A DNA stretch of 64,000 nt from an uncultured Acidimicrobiaceae bacterium (GCA_947258375.1 CAMYIJ010000010.1:39314-103313); one strand, 5' to 3'. Shown: positions 47,749-57,717, counted from the first letter of the stretch. Notes: generated from the letters alone by a model not told the origin. Made by a program: numbers and translations.

Positions 47749-48399
47749 ATGGCTACCTTCACCTGTCAGGACTGCAACAAGGAATTCTCCATGCCGCGGT
47801 CGGTTCTCGACCGGTATCCGGGATGGACTCCGCGCCAATGTATGGACTGTCGCGACCGTGATCGGGGAATCGCCAAGCGCAGTTCGCGTAGCGCCAAGAA
47901 GAAGAAGCGAACACGCACCAGCGACGTGATCCTGACAACCGACGAAGTCCTCGCCGAATTCTCGGATGGTCCGCGCGACGGCGTGTTCACCGACGGGGGA
48001 GCGGTCCCCAACCCGGGCCCCGGCGGATGGGGCGCCGTATACGTCCGGGATGGAAAGGTGGTTGCCGAGGCGAGTGGGCACGATCCGGACACGACGAACA
48101 ACCGCATGGAGCTGACCGCGGCGTTGCAGGCGACAGAGATGGTTCCCGAAGGCGTTGGCGTCACCATCTACACCGACAGCCGGTTGGTTGTCCAGACGAT
48201 CAACGAGTGGGCCGCCGGTTGGGAGCGGCGCGGGTGGAAGCGGAAGACGGGCCCGGTTGAGAACCTCGACCTCGTCGAGCCGCTGTATCGGGTGTGCCGG
48301 GCACGCCCCGAGCTCAAGCTGGAGTGGATCGCGGCTCACTCAGGCTATCTGTGGAACGAATACGCCGACGCGCTCGCCAGCCGGTGGCGCCTCGACTAG
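47749..48399 (+). CDS. rnhA: ribonuclease HI with N-terminal C4 zinc-ribbon
   Basis: N-terminal CxxC...CxxC (FTCQDCNK ... QCMDC), a basic linker, then an RNase H domain (FTDGGAVPNPGPGGWGAVY, ELTAALQA, IYTDSRLVVQTINEWAAGW). Confidence 0.8.
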   Translation: MATFTCQDCNKEFSMPRSVLDRYPGWTPRQCMDCRDRDRGIAKRSSRSAKKKKRTRTSDVILTTDEVLAEFSDGPRDGVFTDGGAVPNPGPGGWGAVYVRDGKVVAEASGHDPDTTNNRMELTAALQATEMVPEGVGVTIYTDSRLVVQTINEWAAGWERRGWKRKTGPVENLDLVEPLYRVCRARPELKLEWIAAHSGYLWNEYADALASRWRLD

Positions 48400-48412
48400 C
48401 GGTTCCTCCGGC

Positions 48413-48568
48413 TCAGTGCCCGCCGGGCCATCCGAGGTCCGGAGCGACGGGAGGATCCTTGAATTCGGGTCCGGCAGAACCGTACATCTCCCGGTAGCGC
48501 CGTCCCAAGAAGCGGTTGATCACGGCGACGATGCCGACTCCAAGTGCGATAAGTCCGAACCAGGCCAT
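48413..48568 (-). CDS. small single-TM protein (51 aa)
   Basis: MAWFGLIALGVGIVAVINRFLGRRYREMYG..., preceded by strong SD GAAAGGGGG 6 nt upstream. Confidence 0.4.
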   Translation of the reverse strand: MAWFGLIALGVGIVAVINRFLGRRYREMYGSAGPEFKDPPVAPDLGWPGGH

Positions 48569-48667
48569 TGTGCCCCCTTTCACCGTCGACCATACCTGGG
48601 GCCTTCCAGTGGTGGCTAGGGGCTTCCAGCTCCATTGGCTGTGCATCAAGGCGACTACTCTCGGACC

Positions 48668-50059
48668 ATGATTCCGGCCCGACTCGAACCTCTACTGCGC
48701 GCCGACTCCGCGGCCGGTCAGCTGGCGGCCCTCTTTCGTGAGGCGGGCCACGAACTGGCTCTCGTTGGTGGCAGCGTGCGTGATGCGTTGCTGGCGCGGC
48801 CGATCGACGATCTCGATTTCACGACCGACGCCCGCCCCGACCGCATCAAGGAAATAGTCGAGCCGTGGGCGCACGATCTGTACCTGGTGGGGCAACGATT
48901 CGGGACGATTGGGGCGATTCGTGACGGCGCCGTTCACGAGATCACGACATACCGCTCCGAGGTGTATGCCGAAGACAGCCGCAAGCCGGATGTGGCCTAT
49001 TCCGATGACATCGCTGAGGACCTCGGACGACGCGACTTCACGATCAATGCGATGGCGCTGCGTCTCGACGGCGAGGGTTCGGCCGCGCTGTTCGATCCGT
49101 ACGACGGAGTGGTTGATCTCGCGCAGAAGACGCTGCGCACCCCGCTGGATCCGGAGATTTCCTTCGGCGACGATCCGCTGCGGATGCTGCGGCTCTTCCG
49201 GTTTCTATCCACGCTCGGTTTTGCACCGACCGAGGAGGCATTGCGAGCGGTGTCGGCGATGGCCGAACGCCTCGAGATCATCTCTGCGGAGCGGATTCGT
49301 GTTGAGCTGAGCAAACTCCTGGTCGGCGAGCACGTCGCCGACGCTCTCTGGGGCCTGATCGAAACCGGCCTGGCCGACCAGTTCCTTCCGGAGCTGGCCA
49401 AGCTCGAGCTCCAGCAGGACCCGCAGCAGCGGCACAAGGATGTCCTGGCTCACTCCATCGCAGTCGTCGCCAAGACGTCCCCGATCCTCGAGCTGCGGCT
49501 GGCGGCCTTGCTTCACGACATCGGCAAACCCGCAACGAGGGCCTTTACCCCGGGCGGCGTCACCTTCCACCATCACGAAGTGGTTGGCGCCAAGATGGCG
49601 CGGCGCCGGATGCGCGAGCTACGGTTCTCCAGCCAGGAGACCCGGGACGTCGGCGACCTCGTGTTTCTCCACATGCGGCCCCATACTTTCAAGATGGGCT
49701 GGACCGATTCGGCTGTGCGCCGCTACGTACGGGATGCCGGCCCGCTGCTGGACCTGCTCAACGAGCTCGTTCGCTGCGACGTGACAACCCGCAATGAGAA
49801 ACGGGCCCGGGCGATTCAGCGCGGCATCGACCAACTCGAGGAGCGGATTGCCGAGCTCCGCCAGCAGGAGGAGCTTGACTCGCTGCGACCGCCGATCGAT
49901 GGGCATCAAGCGATGGCACATCTCGGATGGGAACCGGGGCCCGAACTGGGCAAAGCGATGAAGATGCTCCTGGAGCATCGCATCGAACACGGTCCGTACA
50001 GCGAGGAAGAGGCCTACCGGCTGCTGGACGAGTATCGCGACAGGGGCTCCGCCGAGTAG
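48668..50059 (+). CDS. cca: CCA tRNA nucleotidyltransferase (PcnA-like, HD domain)
   Basis: LVGGSVRDALL, RDFTINAMA, HD domain (HDIGK). Start at ATG 48668. Confidence 0.85.
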   Translation: MIPARLEPLLRADSAAGQLAALFREAGHELALVGGSVRDALLARPIDDLDFTTDARPDRIKEIVEPWAHDLYLVGQRFGTIGAIRDGAVHEITTYRSEVYAEDSRKPDVAYSDDIAEDLGRRDFTINAMALRLDGEGSAALFDPYDGVVDLAQKTLRTPLDPEISFGDDPLRMLRLFRFLSTLGFAPTEEALRAVSAMAERLEIISAERIRVELSKLLVGEHVADALWGLIETGLADQFLPELAKLELQQDPQQRHKDVLAHSIAVVAKTSPILELRLAALLHDIGKPATRAFTPGGVTFHHHEVVGAKMARRRMRELRFSSQETRDVGDLVFLHMRPHTFKMGWTDSAVRRYVRDAGPLLDLLNELVRCDVTTRNEKRARAIQRGIDQLEERIAELRQQEELDSLRPPIDGHQAMAHLGWEPGPELGKAMKMLLEHRIEHGPYSEEEAYRLLDEYRDRGSAE

Positions 50060-50076
50060 CGGGCCGATAGGATCTC

Positions 50077-50631
50077 GTGATGGCAGCGCAACCCTTTGCA
50101 GACGACAAGGACTGGACCTGGGTGCTCAACACTCTCTGCGCCGAATGCGAATTCGAGGTTCGCGACTTCGCGCGCACGGAGATCTCGGCGCTGATTCGCG
50201 CCAGCATCGACGAGTGGCTTTCCGTTCTGGACGGCGACCACGCGGCCCTGCGACAGAGACCGCGGCCGGATCGGTGGTCGGCGCTCGAATACGCCGCGCA
50301 CGTGCGCGATGTCTTCGATCTGTACGACTACCGCCTCGGTCTGATGCTCGCAGAAGACGGCCCGCACTATCCCAACTGGAATCAAGACGACACCGCTATC
50401 GAGAAGGACTACGCCAACTCAGATCCTGCTCGCGTGGCGGCTGAGTTGGCCGCGGCCGGAGAGCGGTTGGCGTCCCGATTCGAGACCGTGTCCGGCAAGG
50501 ATTGGGGCCGTACCGGCTACCGCAGCGATGGCGCCTCCTTCACTGTCGAAACCTTCGCGCGCTACCTCATCCACGACCCGCAACATCACCTGCACGATGT
50601 GCGAACCGGGTTCCCAGAACTCGGGCGCTAG
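50077..50631 (+). CDS. DinB-like / maleylpyruvate-isomerase N-terminal domain family protein (TIGR03083-like)
   Basis: WSALEYAAHVRDVFDLYDYRL pattern and about 180 aa size. Confidence 0.55.
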   Translation: MMAAQPFADDKDWTWVLNTLCAECEFEVRDFARTEISALIRASIDEWLSVLDGDHAALRQRPRPDRWSALEYAAHVRDVFDLYDYRLGLMLAEDGPHYPNWNQDDTAIEKDYANSDPARVAAELAAAGERLASRFETVSGKDWGRTGYRSDGASFTVETFARYLIHDPQHHLHDVRTGFPELGR

Positions 50632-52595
50632 CCGTCGGCGGTGCCCAGCCCGATCTTCTCGAGGAAGGCGTCCGGTGACGGATCGCGTCCGAGGAATCCC
50701 CGTAGCAGGTCCATGCCGTCGCGGGTCCCGCCCTTGGCCAGGATGGACTCGCGGTAGCGCGCTCCAACCGCCGGGTTGAGGACGCCCTCGCCCACGAAGA
50801 CCGAGAACATGTCGTCGCCGTACACCTTCGACCACAGGTAGCCGTAGTAGCCGGCGACATAACCGTCGCTCGCCATGTGCCCGAAGCTCGCCCCGAAGTG
50901 GGTATCGGGATGCGGTGGGAAGAGCGTCATCTCGACGAGTTGGTAGTAGGCACTATCGACGTCTGTCGGGCCGTCTCCACCGTGCAACGCCAGGTCGTAG
51001 TGGCCGTAGAACACCTGGCGGAGAGTCTTGAGGGCTACGTTCTGGTCGCGCGCCGCCACCATCTTGTCGACGAGTTCGCTCGGGATGGGTGAGCCGGTCC
51101 GGTAGTGGCGCGCGAAACGCTGCAGCACTTCCGGCTCCCACATCCAGTTCTCCATGATCTGGGATGGAGCCTCGACGAAGTCACGCTCGGTCTGGGTTCC
51201 GGAGAAGCGGGGTAGCGCGGCCTCGGTGAGGGCATTGTGGAGCACGTGGCCGAACTCATGAAAGAGAGTGACGGCCTCGTCGTGTTTGAGCAGGGACGGT
51301 GAGCCGGCCGTCGGCTTGGTGAAGTTGGCCGCAACGGCCGTCACCGGGTGGCGATAGCCGTCGTCCGTGGCGATTCCTGCCCGCAGGCGCCAGCACGCGG
51401 CGTGGCTGAACTTGCCGGGACGGGGATGGAGGTCGGCGTAGTAGTGCGCAATCACGTCGCCGGAAGAGCGGTCCGAGATGGCGTATACGGCGACGTCGGG
51501 GTGCCAGGCCCTCGGGTCGGCAACCTCGGCGAAGTCGATCCCGAACATGTCACCGCAGATGTCGAACATGCCTGCAACGACGGCATCGAGAGGGAAGTAG
51601 TCGGCGACTTCGTTGTCGTCGACGCCGTAGTCCTGCTTGCGCTGCGTGGCGTCGTAGTAACTCCAGTCCCACTGCTGGAGCGTGTCTGCAACCCCGTCCC
51701 GCTCCATCAGCGTCTGCAGGGTCGCCAGCTCGGCGCGCCCCAACTCGGTGAGGCCCGGCAGCATCGACGTGTAGAAGTCGGCAACTGCGGCCGGATCGGC
51801 CATCTTGGCTTCCATGGCGTACTCGGCGAATGTCGGGTAGCCGAGTCGGCGCGCCATCTCCCACCGCAGTTCGACGGCTTCGTTCAGGAGTTCCGAGTTG
51901 CCGGCCGCCGCCCGGTTGAGGAACTTGAATTGCAGCCGGCGGCGCGCTTCACGATCGGTCGCCTGGTCCATGAAAGGCACGTAGTCGGGGTAGTCGACCG
52001 TCACCCGCCGGGTTCCTCCCTGCCGTCCGGGCTCGAGGCGTTCGAGATAGCCGTCCGGCAGGCCGGTGAGCTCATCCGGCGTCATGTCGATGCCGTCCTC
52101 CCATTCGGCCAGGTTGCGCTCGAAAGCAACGCTGATCTCGATGAGCCGGTTGCGGAGGTGCTCCACATGTTCCCGATCGGCCCGGGGCAGATCCTGCCCC
52201 GCCCGCCGAAAATCGCGCAGCCAGAACTCGAGGTTGCGGCGCCGTTCACCGGTGAGAGTTGCGGCGTCCCCGGTCTGGCGGTACCCATCGACAGCCTCGT
52301 AGAGGTCGCGACGAAAAGCCAGGCCCGCCGCCCATTTGCTGTGGAGCTCCTCAGCTTCGGTTCCGGCCGCCCGGATGGCCTCATCGGGATGGACCTGGGC
52401 CATGAATCCGCCGACACCGTAGGCGTCGTTCGTCATCGTGATGGCGCGGTCCACGGGAGCCAGCGTGTTCTCGTATGTGCGGGGGCCGGCGACGGCGACG
52501 ACACCGGAGATCAGACGATCGGCCTGCTCGATGGCGTCTTGGACAACGCCGCGGGCCGACAGCGGCGTGAGTGTCGTGTAATCGGTGAGTGTCAT
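50628..52595 (-). CDS. M3 family oligopeptidase (Dcp/OpdA-like)
   Basis: HEFGH zinc motif and M3-typical length of 655 aa. Confidence 0.85.
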   Translation of the reverse strand: MTLTDYTTLTPLSARGVVQDAIEQADRLISGVVAVAGPRTYENTLAPVDRAITMTNDAYGVGGFMAQVHPDEAIRAAGTEAEELHSKWAAGLAFRRDLYEAVDGYRQTGDAATLTGERRRNLEFWLRDFRRAGQDLPRADREHVEHLRNRLIEISVAFERNLAEWEDGIDMTPDELTGLPDGYLERLEPGRQGGTRRVTVDYPDYVPFMDQATDREARRRLQFKFLNRAAAGNSELLNEAVELRWEMARRLGYPTFAEYAMEAKMADPAAVADFYTSMLPGLTELGRAELATLQTLMERDGVADTLQQWDWSYYDATQRKQDYGVDDNEVADYFPLDAVVAGMFDICGDMFGIDFAEVADPRAWHPDVAVYAISDRSSGDVIAHYYADLHPRPGKFSHAACWRLRAGIATDDGYRHPVTAVAANFTKPTAGSPSLLKHDEAVTLFHEFGHVLHNALTEAALPRFSGTQTERDFVEAPSQIMENWMWEPEVLQRFARHYRTGSPIPSELVDKMVAARDQNVALKTLRQVFYGHYDLALHGGDGPTDVDSAYYQLVEMTLFPPHPDTHFGASFGHMASDGYVAGYYGYLWSKVYGDDMFSVFVGEGVLNPAVGARYRESILAKGGTRDGMDLLRGFLGRDPSPDAFLEKIGLGTADG

Positions 52596-52710
52596 GATCG
52601 GAGCACCGTAGTCACCCGGGTTAGCAGTCGACGAAGTCGAATTCGTCTAAGCGGAGGCGGCCGCCGGTGCGTCAGTATCGTGTGAGGTCGTCTCAGCAGC
52701 GTGAGGATGG

Positions 52711-53229
52711 ATGGAGGATCGGACGGAGCAACCGGTCCGGGTGCCGGCCCAATTCGAGGCGTACTACCGCGCGGAATATGGGGCGGTGGTCGCCTTGATC
52801 CGTGTCCTCACCGGGAACCGCTGGGTGGCCGAGGATTTGGCGCAGGAAGCCTTTCTCCGGGCTCATCGCGACTGGGACCAGGTCGGCCGGATGGAGTCCC
52901 CGGAAGGCTGGGTCCGGCGGGTTGCAATGAATCTCTCTCACTCCCGCTTCCGCCGGCTCCGCTCGGAGGCGGCCGTCCGCCTGCGGATGAGCGCCGGCTC
53001 ACCCCGGCTCGAGACTCTGGAACCGGCTGCAGATGCCTTCTGGGATGAGGTGCGCCGGCTGCCCCGGAGACAGGCACAGGCGATCGCGTTGCGCTACCTC
53101 GAGGACCTACCGGTCGCCGATATCGCGGTGGCTATGGCAACGGCAGAGGGGACGGTGCGAGCCCTCCTGCATCAGGGACGCCGGCGGCTGGAGCGCCAAT
53201 TGATCGCCAAGGGATTGATCGAGTCATGA
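52711..53229 (+). CDS. ECF sigma factor
   Basis: Region 2 (AEDLAQEAFLRAHRDW) and region 4 (AIALRYLEDLPVADIAVAMATAEGTVRALLHQGRRRL). Confidence 0.85.
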   Translation: MEDRTEQPVRVPAQFEAYYRAEYGAVVALIRVLTGNRWVAEDLAQEAFLRAHRDWDQVGRMESPEGWVRRVAMNLSHSRFRRLRSEAAVRLRMSAGSPRLETLEPAADAFWDEVRRLPRRQAQAIALRYLEDLPVADIAVAMATAEGTVRALLHQGRRRLERQLIAKGLIES

Positions 53230-54398
53230 AGTTCGACGAAATTGCCGCCACCTCCGCTCGCGCTGCTGCCGCCCAGCATGTTGACCCTCCGGCCATCGCC
53301 GAGGTGCGGGCCGCCAGGAGGCGGCGCGCGGCGGGCTCCGCGGTGCTCGGCACCTTTTTCGGGACGCTGATCATTGTCGGGGCGGCTGCCTGGTGGCCGG
53401 CCGGTACACCAGTCGGCCCGCCCGACACCGCCGTCGCAACGTCGCCTCAGCCGACGACCAGCACGACGGTTTCCCCATCGACCACGCCTGCACCGCCACC
53501 CGCGACGACGGGAATCCCATCCACGACAGGCGTATCGACGACGAGTGCGGCCCGGGCATTTCGCGTTTGGTCGATAGCGCAGCCGCCTTCGTGGCATCGC
53601 GCCGATTCCGAGCTGATGCCGGACCTCGGATGGACTTCGGTGACTGTGGCCACATTCCCTCTGCGCCCCGGCGGGGCTGAGTGTGCCCACATGCCCGAGA
53701 ACGCGCTCCGGGACTTGGGTCCGCAGGACGTGCTGCTCTCGGTCTTCTTCGGGGGTGCCGGCCCCGAGAGTCCGTCCTGGCCCGAGGGGGGTTTCAACGA
53801 TGAGGTGTTTCCCGCGGCGGACTCGTCCACGGACGCTCATGAGTGCGCCGGCCGCCCGGAGCTCGAGGTCCACTGGGGTGCCTGGGGAACGGGTGGCCAG
53901 GGCTCGTACCTGCTGGCCGTCTTCGGGGACGATGTGGCGGATGATGTTCGGCGGCAGGCCTGGGCGACGTTGTCGTCCCTGAGCGCCGTCGACATGGAAG
54001 GTACCGGTCCGATGTGTGTGGTCACTGTGCCGCCGGAGCCGGGGCTGGTGGTTCCGGACACCCATCCCGAGGAACCCGTCTTCGGCGTCTGGTACGGGAC
54101 GCCGGATCTATGGACGGTGCTGGAAACGGACGGCTCCTACGGTCCCCGCAAGAGCTTGTGGTGGAGCGCCAATTTCCCCGGAGGCGCCGACGAGGAACGC
54201 CCGGAGGTTTTTGTCACATGGCGGCGGCTGGATCGGGCGGAGCCGATCCTCACCGACAACTCCGCCGCCACCAACGCCTACACCGCCGAGGACGGGTGGT
54301 TCATGATCGCCGGCATCGACCCCGAGGAGAGCGGCTGCTGGGAGATCACCGCCACCTACAAGGGTGCCACCCTGAGCTACGTGGCAGTAGTCCGCTAG
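53226..54398 (+). CDS. putative cognate anti-sigma factor: single-pass membrane protein with Thr/Pro linker and extracytoplasmic domain
   Basis: ATGA overlap with the sigma gene, one TM helix (VLGTFFGTLIIVGAAAWW), then a Pro/Thr-rich region. Confidence 0.5.
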   Translation: MKFDEIAATSARAAAAQHVDPPAIAEVRAARRRRAAGSAVLGTFFGTLIIVGAAAWWPAGTPVGPPDTAVATSPQPTTSTTVSPSTTPAPPPATTGIPSTTGVSTTSAARAFRVWSIAQPPSWHRADSELMPDLGWTSVTVATFPLRPGGAECAHMPENALRDLGPQDVLLSVFFGGAGPESPSWPEGGFNDEVFPAADSSTDAHECAGRPELEVHWGAWGTGGQGSYLLAVFGDDVADDVRRQAWATLSSLSAVDMEGTGPMCVVTVPPEPGLVVPDTHPEEPVFGVWYGTPDLWTVLETDGSYGPRKSLWWSANFPGGADEERPEVFVTWRRLDRAEPILTDNSAATNAYTAEDGWFMIAGIDPEESGCWEITATYKGATLSYVAVVR

Positions 54399-54434
54399 AG
54401 GAGCTGGTTTTGGCGTCAACGGTGTTGCCTAGAC

Positions 54435-55640
54435 CTAGCGGGTTCTGATGTGGGCCCGCTCGAGTTCGTCGACCGAAGAAACCCCGAGGAGTTGCATCGT
54501 GCGCTTGATGCCGTCGGAGAACATCTGGAGCGCCCGGTCGACTCCGTGCTCTCCGCCCGCCATCAGCCCGTAGAGGTACGCCCGGCCTATCCACGCGGTC
54601 TTGGCGCCCTGGGCCAGGGCGGCAACCACGTCGCCGCCGTCCATGATGCCCCCGTCGACGTGGACTTCGCAGCGGTCACCTACGGCGTCCACAACGTCGG
54701 GGAGCAGCTCGAACGTTGTGGGGGCCCGATCGAGCTGGCGGCCTCCGTGGTTGGAGACAATCACTGCGTCGGCCCCGTGATCGACCGCCCGTTCGGCATC
54801 GGCAACCGTCTGGATTCCCTTGATCACCAACGGGCCGTCCCAGTGCTCGCGCATCCAGTCGACGTCAGACCAGTTGAGTGCCGGATCGAACACCGATGCG
54901 ATGAGGTCGGCGACAGTGCCGTCGAAGTTGTGGAAGGTGGCGAATTCGAGCGGTTCGGTTGTGAGCAGGTTGTACCACCAGGAGGGGTGCATAGCCATGT
55001 CGAACATCGTCTTGAGGGTCAGGGACGGCGGGATGGTGAGGCCGTTGCGGACGTCGCGCAGCCGGGCGCCGGCGATCGCGGCATCCACGGTGAGAATCAC
55101 GGCGCTATAGCCCGACGCCTGGGCCCGCGTGAGCAGCTCCTGGCCGAAGTCGCGGTCTTTGAACAAGTAGAGCTGGAACCAGCGATTGAGCCCCGGCGCC
55201 GCGTCGGCCAGCGCCTCTGGCGTGACCGTACCCAGGGTCGAGAGTGCATAGGTGACTCCGGCTCGCTGCGCGGCCCGTGCAACTGCGGGCTCGCCTTCGT
55301 GCTGCATCATGCGGGTGAACCCGGTCGGAGACAGCGCCAGCGGCAGCGCTGACGGTTGGCCGAGGATCGTGGTGGCCGGGTTGGCGGCGGAGACGTCGCG
55401 CATCACGGTGGGGTTGAACTCCAGGCGCCGGTAGACCTCACGGGACTTGTTGAGGGCCACTTCCTGCTCGGCGCCGCCGTCCGTGTAATCGAAAGGAGCC
55501 CGCGGGGTACGGCGACGGGCGATCTTGCGCAGATCCCAGATCGAGGCGGCCGATGCCAGCCGGGCTTCCGGGCCGAACCCGGGCGGCCGGATCTTCACCA
55601 GCGGCTTGATCTCCTCCCAGCGCGGGGTGCGGCGCTGCAT
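54435..55640 (-). CDS. lldD: FMN-dependent alpha-hydroxy acid dehydrogenase (L-lactate dehydrogenase-like)
   Basis: FMN_dh motifs (SNHGGRQLD, active-site His). Start ATG 55640; the ORF-track N-terminal extension is rejected. Confidence 0.8.
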   Translation of the reverse strand: MQRRTPRWEEIKPLVKIRPPGFGPEARLASAASIWDLRKIARRRTPRAPFDYTDGGAEQEVALNKSREVYRRLEFNPTVMRDVSAANPATTILGQPSALPLALSPTGFTRMMQHEGEPAVARAAQRAGVTYALSTLGTVTPEALADAAPGLNRWFQLYLFKDRDFGQELLTRAQASGYSAVILTVDAAIAGARLRDVRNGLTIPPSLTLKTMFDMAMHPSWWYNLLTTEPLEFATFHNFDGTVADLIASVFDPALNWSDVDWMREHWDGPLVIKGIQTVADAERAVDHGADAVIVSNHGGRQLDRAPTTFELLPDVVDAVGDRCEVHVDGGIMDGGDVVAALAQGAKTAWIGRAYLYGLMAGGEHGVDRALQMFSDGIKRTMQLLGVSSVDELERAHIRTR

Positions 55641-55745
55641 GAACCTGCTCCTTCCTTCGGCTGACGACAGGCTAGAAGATGCGCGGACAGCGCGTTCAGG
55701 ACTTCGTGATGCCGTCGGCCGGCGGCGGACGGGTACTGTCGCGCC

Positions 55746-56510
55746 ATGGCAAGTGATGCTGAAGCTCTCGGCCCGATCCATCCGGTAGCCGCCCAGGGAT
55801 TCGCCGCCTCTCCCCAGCGGTATGAAGCAGGCCGGCCCGGCTACCCGGCGGAAGCGGTGTCGTGGCTGTGTGAGCGACTCGAGATCCGCAAGGGGGCTGT
55901 GGTGGCCGATGTGGCTGCCGGCACCGGAAAGCTGACACGGGCGCTCGCTGGGCGCGGGGCGCGGGTCATCGCGGTGGAGCCCGTTTCGGCTATGGCCGAG
56001 ATGCTGAGCTCGCTGACGCCGGGCGCGGAGCTCGTGTCGGCCACGGCCGAGGCCCTTCCGTTCGCCGGTGGCACCGTCGATGCGATTACGGCCGGTCAGG
56101 CGTTCCACTGGTTCGACGCCGATCGCGCTTGGGCGGAATTCCACCGCGTGCTGCGAGGAGACGGAGGAGTCGGCCTCATTTGGAACGTGCGAGATAGGTC
56201 GGTGGACTGGGTCGATCGAGTGTGGTCGATCCTCGATGTGGTCGAAAAGAAGGCACCGTGGCGGGATCACGACCGCACATCGCCGACGGCCGGTGTCGGG
56301 TTCGGCCCGCTGGAGAGCGCCACGTTCTGGCACGAGGTCTCATTGACCCGTCAGGCGATGCTGGATCGGGTCGCGTCGGTCAGCCACGTGGCGGTGCTCC
56401 CTGATGCGGAGCGCGGTGCCGTTCTGGAGAGGGTCGAAGCGGAATTGCCACCGGGCGAGATCCTCGAGGTCCGCTACCGCGTCGACGCCTTCGTCACCCA
56501 CAAGCAGTAG
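55746..56510 (+). CDS. class I SAM-dependent methyltransferase
   Basis: Motif I VVADVAAGTGKLT. Confidence 0.75.
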   Translation: MASDAEALGPIHPVAAQGFAASPQRYEAGRPGYPAEAVSWLCERLEIRKGAVVADVAAGTGKLTRALAGRGARVIAVEPVSAMAEMLSSLTPGAELVSATAEALPFAGGTVDAITAGQAFHWFDADRAWAEFHRVLRGDGGVGLIWNVRDRSVDWVDRVWSILDVVEKKAPWRDHDRTSPTAGVGFGPLESATFWHEVSLTRQAMLDRVASVSHVAVLPDAERGAVLERVEAELPPGEILEVRYRVDAFVTHKQ

Positions 56511-56520
56511 CGCAGCTAGT

Positions 56521-57708
56521 TCAGCCTCTGGGCACTTGGCTCCAGGGGAGATCCTTGTCGACGCGGGGTTCACCGGGGAGGCCGAGGACTCGTTCACCGA
56601 TGATGTTCTTCATGATCTCCGACGTCCCGCCCTCGATGGAGTTGGCGCGCACGCGCAGGAAACGGCGCCGGATGTCGCTGCTGACCTCCTCGGTCGATCC
56701 GGCCTGGAAGAACTCGTAGGTGTCATAGCCCATCCCGGCCGGGCCCATCAGCTCGGTGGCCAGGTGATAGATCTGCTTGTTGAGCTCGGCGTAGACCAGC
56801 TTGCCGGTTGATCCCTCCGGACCGGGCGTGCCAGCCGAGGCGTTCTCGTTGGCCCTGATGTTCGTGAGGCGAGCGGCTTCGGCGTGCACCCAGAGCTTCA
56901 TCAGCTCGTCACGGTCGTGCGCATCTCCGCCGTGCTCCCGCCACACCTCGATGAGCTCTCCGATGGGACCGCTGTTTCGTGGCGCCACCGTGCCGCCGAT
57001 GGCGACCCGCTCGTTCATCAAGGTAGTGAGAGCGACCCGCCACCCGGCGCCGACAGCATCGATGCGTCGTGAGTCGGGAACCCGCATGTCGGTCATGAAG
57101 ACCTCGTTGAACTCGGCTTCGCCTGTGATCTGGCGCAGCGGCTTGATCTCGACACCCTCAGCTTCCATGTCCATGAGGAAGTACGTCATGCCGAGGTGCT
57201 TGGGAGCTTCGGGATCGGTGCGGGCGACGATCATGCCCCATTTCGACACATGGGCGACCGTGGTCCACACCTTCTGCCCGTTGAGGATCCATTCGTCTCC
57301 GTCTCTGATCGCCCGGGTTGCCAGCCCGGCCACGTCGCTGCCGGCCCCGGGCTCGCTGAAGAGCTGGCACCAGACCTCCTCACCGGTGAACAGGGGCCGC
57401 AGGAAGCGGTCCTTTTGCTCCTCGGTGCCGTGGGTCTCGAGCATCGGCGCCCCCATTCCATGCCCAATGACGTGGAACGAAGATGGACGGTGCGGCGTCA
57501 CCTCTTCGAGGCGCTCGTCGATACGTTTCTGGAGGCGGCGGGAGAGGCCGAGGCCGCCCCGGCCTTCCGGGAAGTGGACCCAGGCGAGACCCAGATCGAA
57601 TTGCGCCCCCATGAACTCGAACCGATCTCCATGTGGGTCGTTGGCTGCGAGGAGCTGGTCGAGCAACTCGTCGACGCGGGCTTCAGCTGGTGTGAGATCC
57701 GTGGTCAT
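56521..57708 (-). CDS. acyl-CoA dehydrogenase
   Basis: ACAD N, middle and C domains. 395 aa. Confidence 0.85.
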   Translation of the reverse strand: MTTDLTPAEARVDELLDQLLAANDPHGDRFEFMGAQFDLGLAWVHFPEGRGGLGLSRRLQKRIDERLEEVTPHRPSSFHVIGHGMGAPMLETHGTEEQKDRFLRPLFTGEEVWCQLFSEPGAGSDVAGLATRAIRDGDEWILNGQKVWTTVAHVSKWGMIVARTDPEAPKHLGMTYFLMDMEAEGVEIKPLRQITGEAEFNEVFMTDMRVPDSRRIDAVGAGWRVALTTLMNERVAIGGTVAPRNSGPIGELIEVWREHGGDAHDRDELMKLWVHAEAARLTNIRANENASAGTPGPEGSTGKLVYAELNKQIYHLATELMGPAGMGYDTYEFFQAGSTEEVSSDIRRRFLRVRANSIEGGTSEIMKNIIGERVLGLPGEPRVDKDLPWSQVPRG

Positions 57709-57717
57709 GACAGAAAG

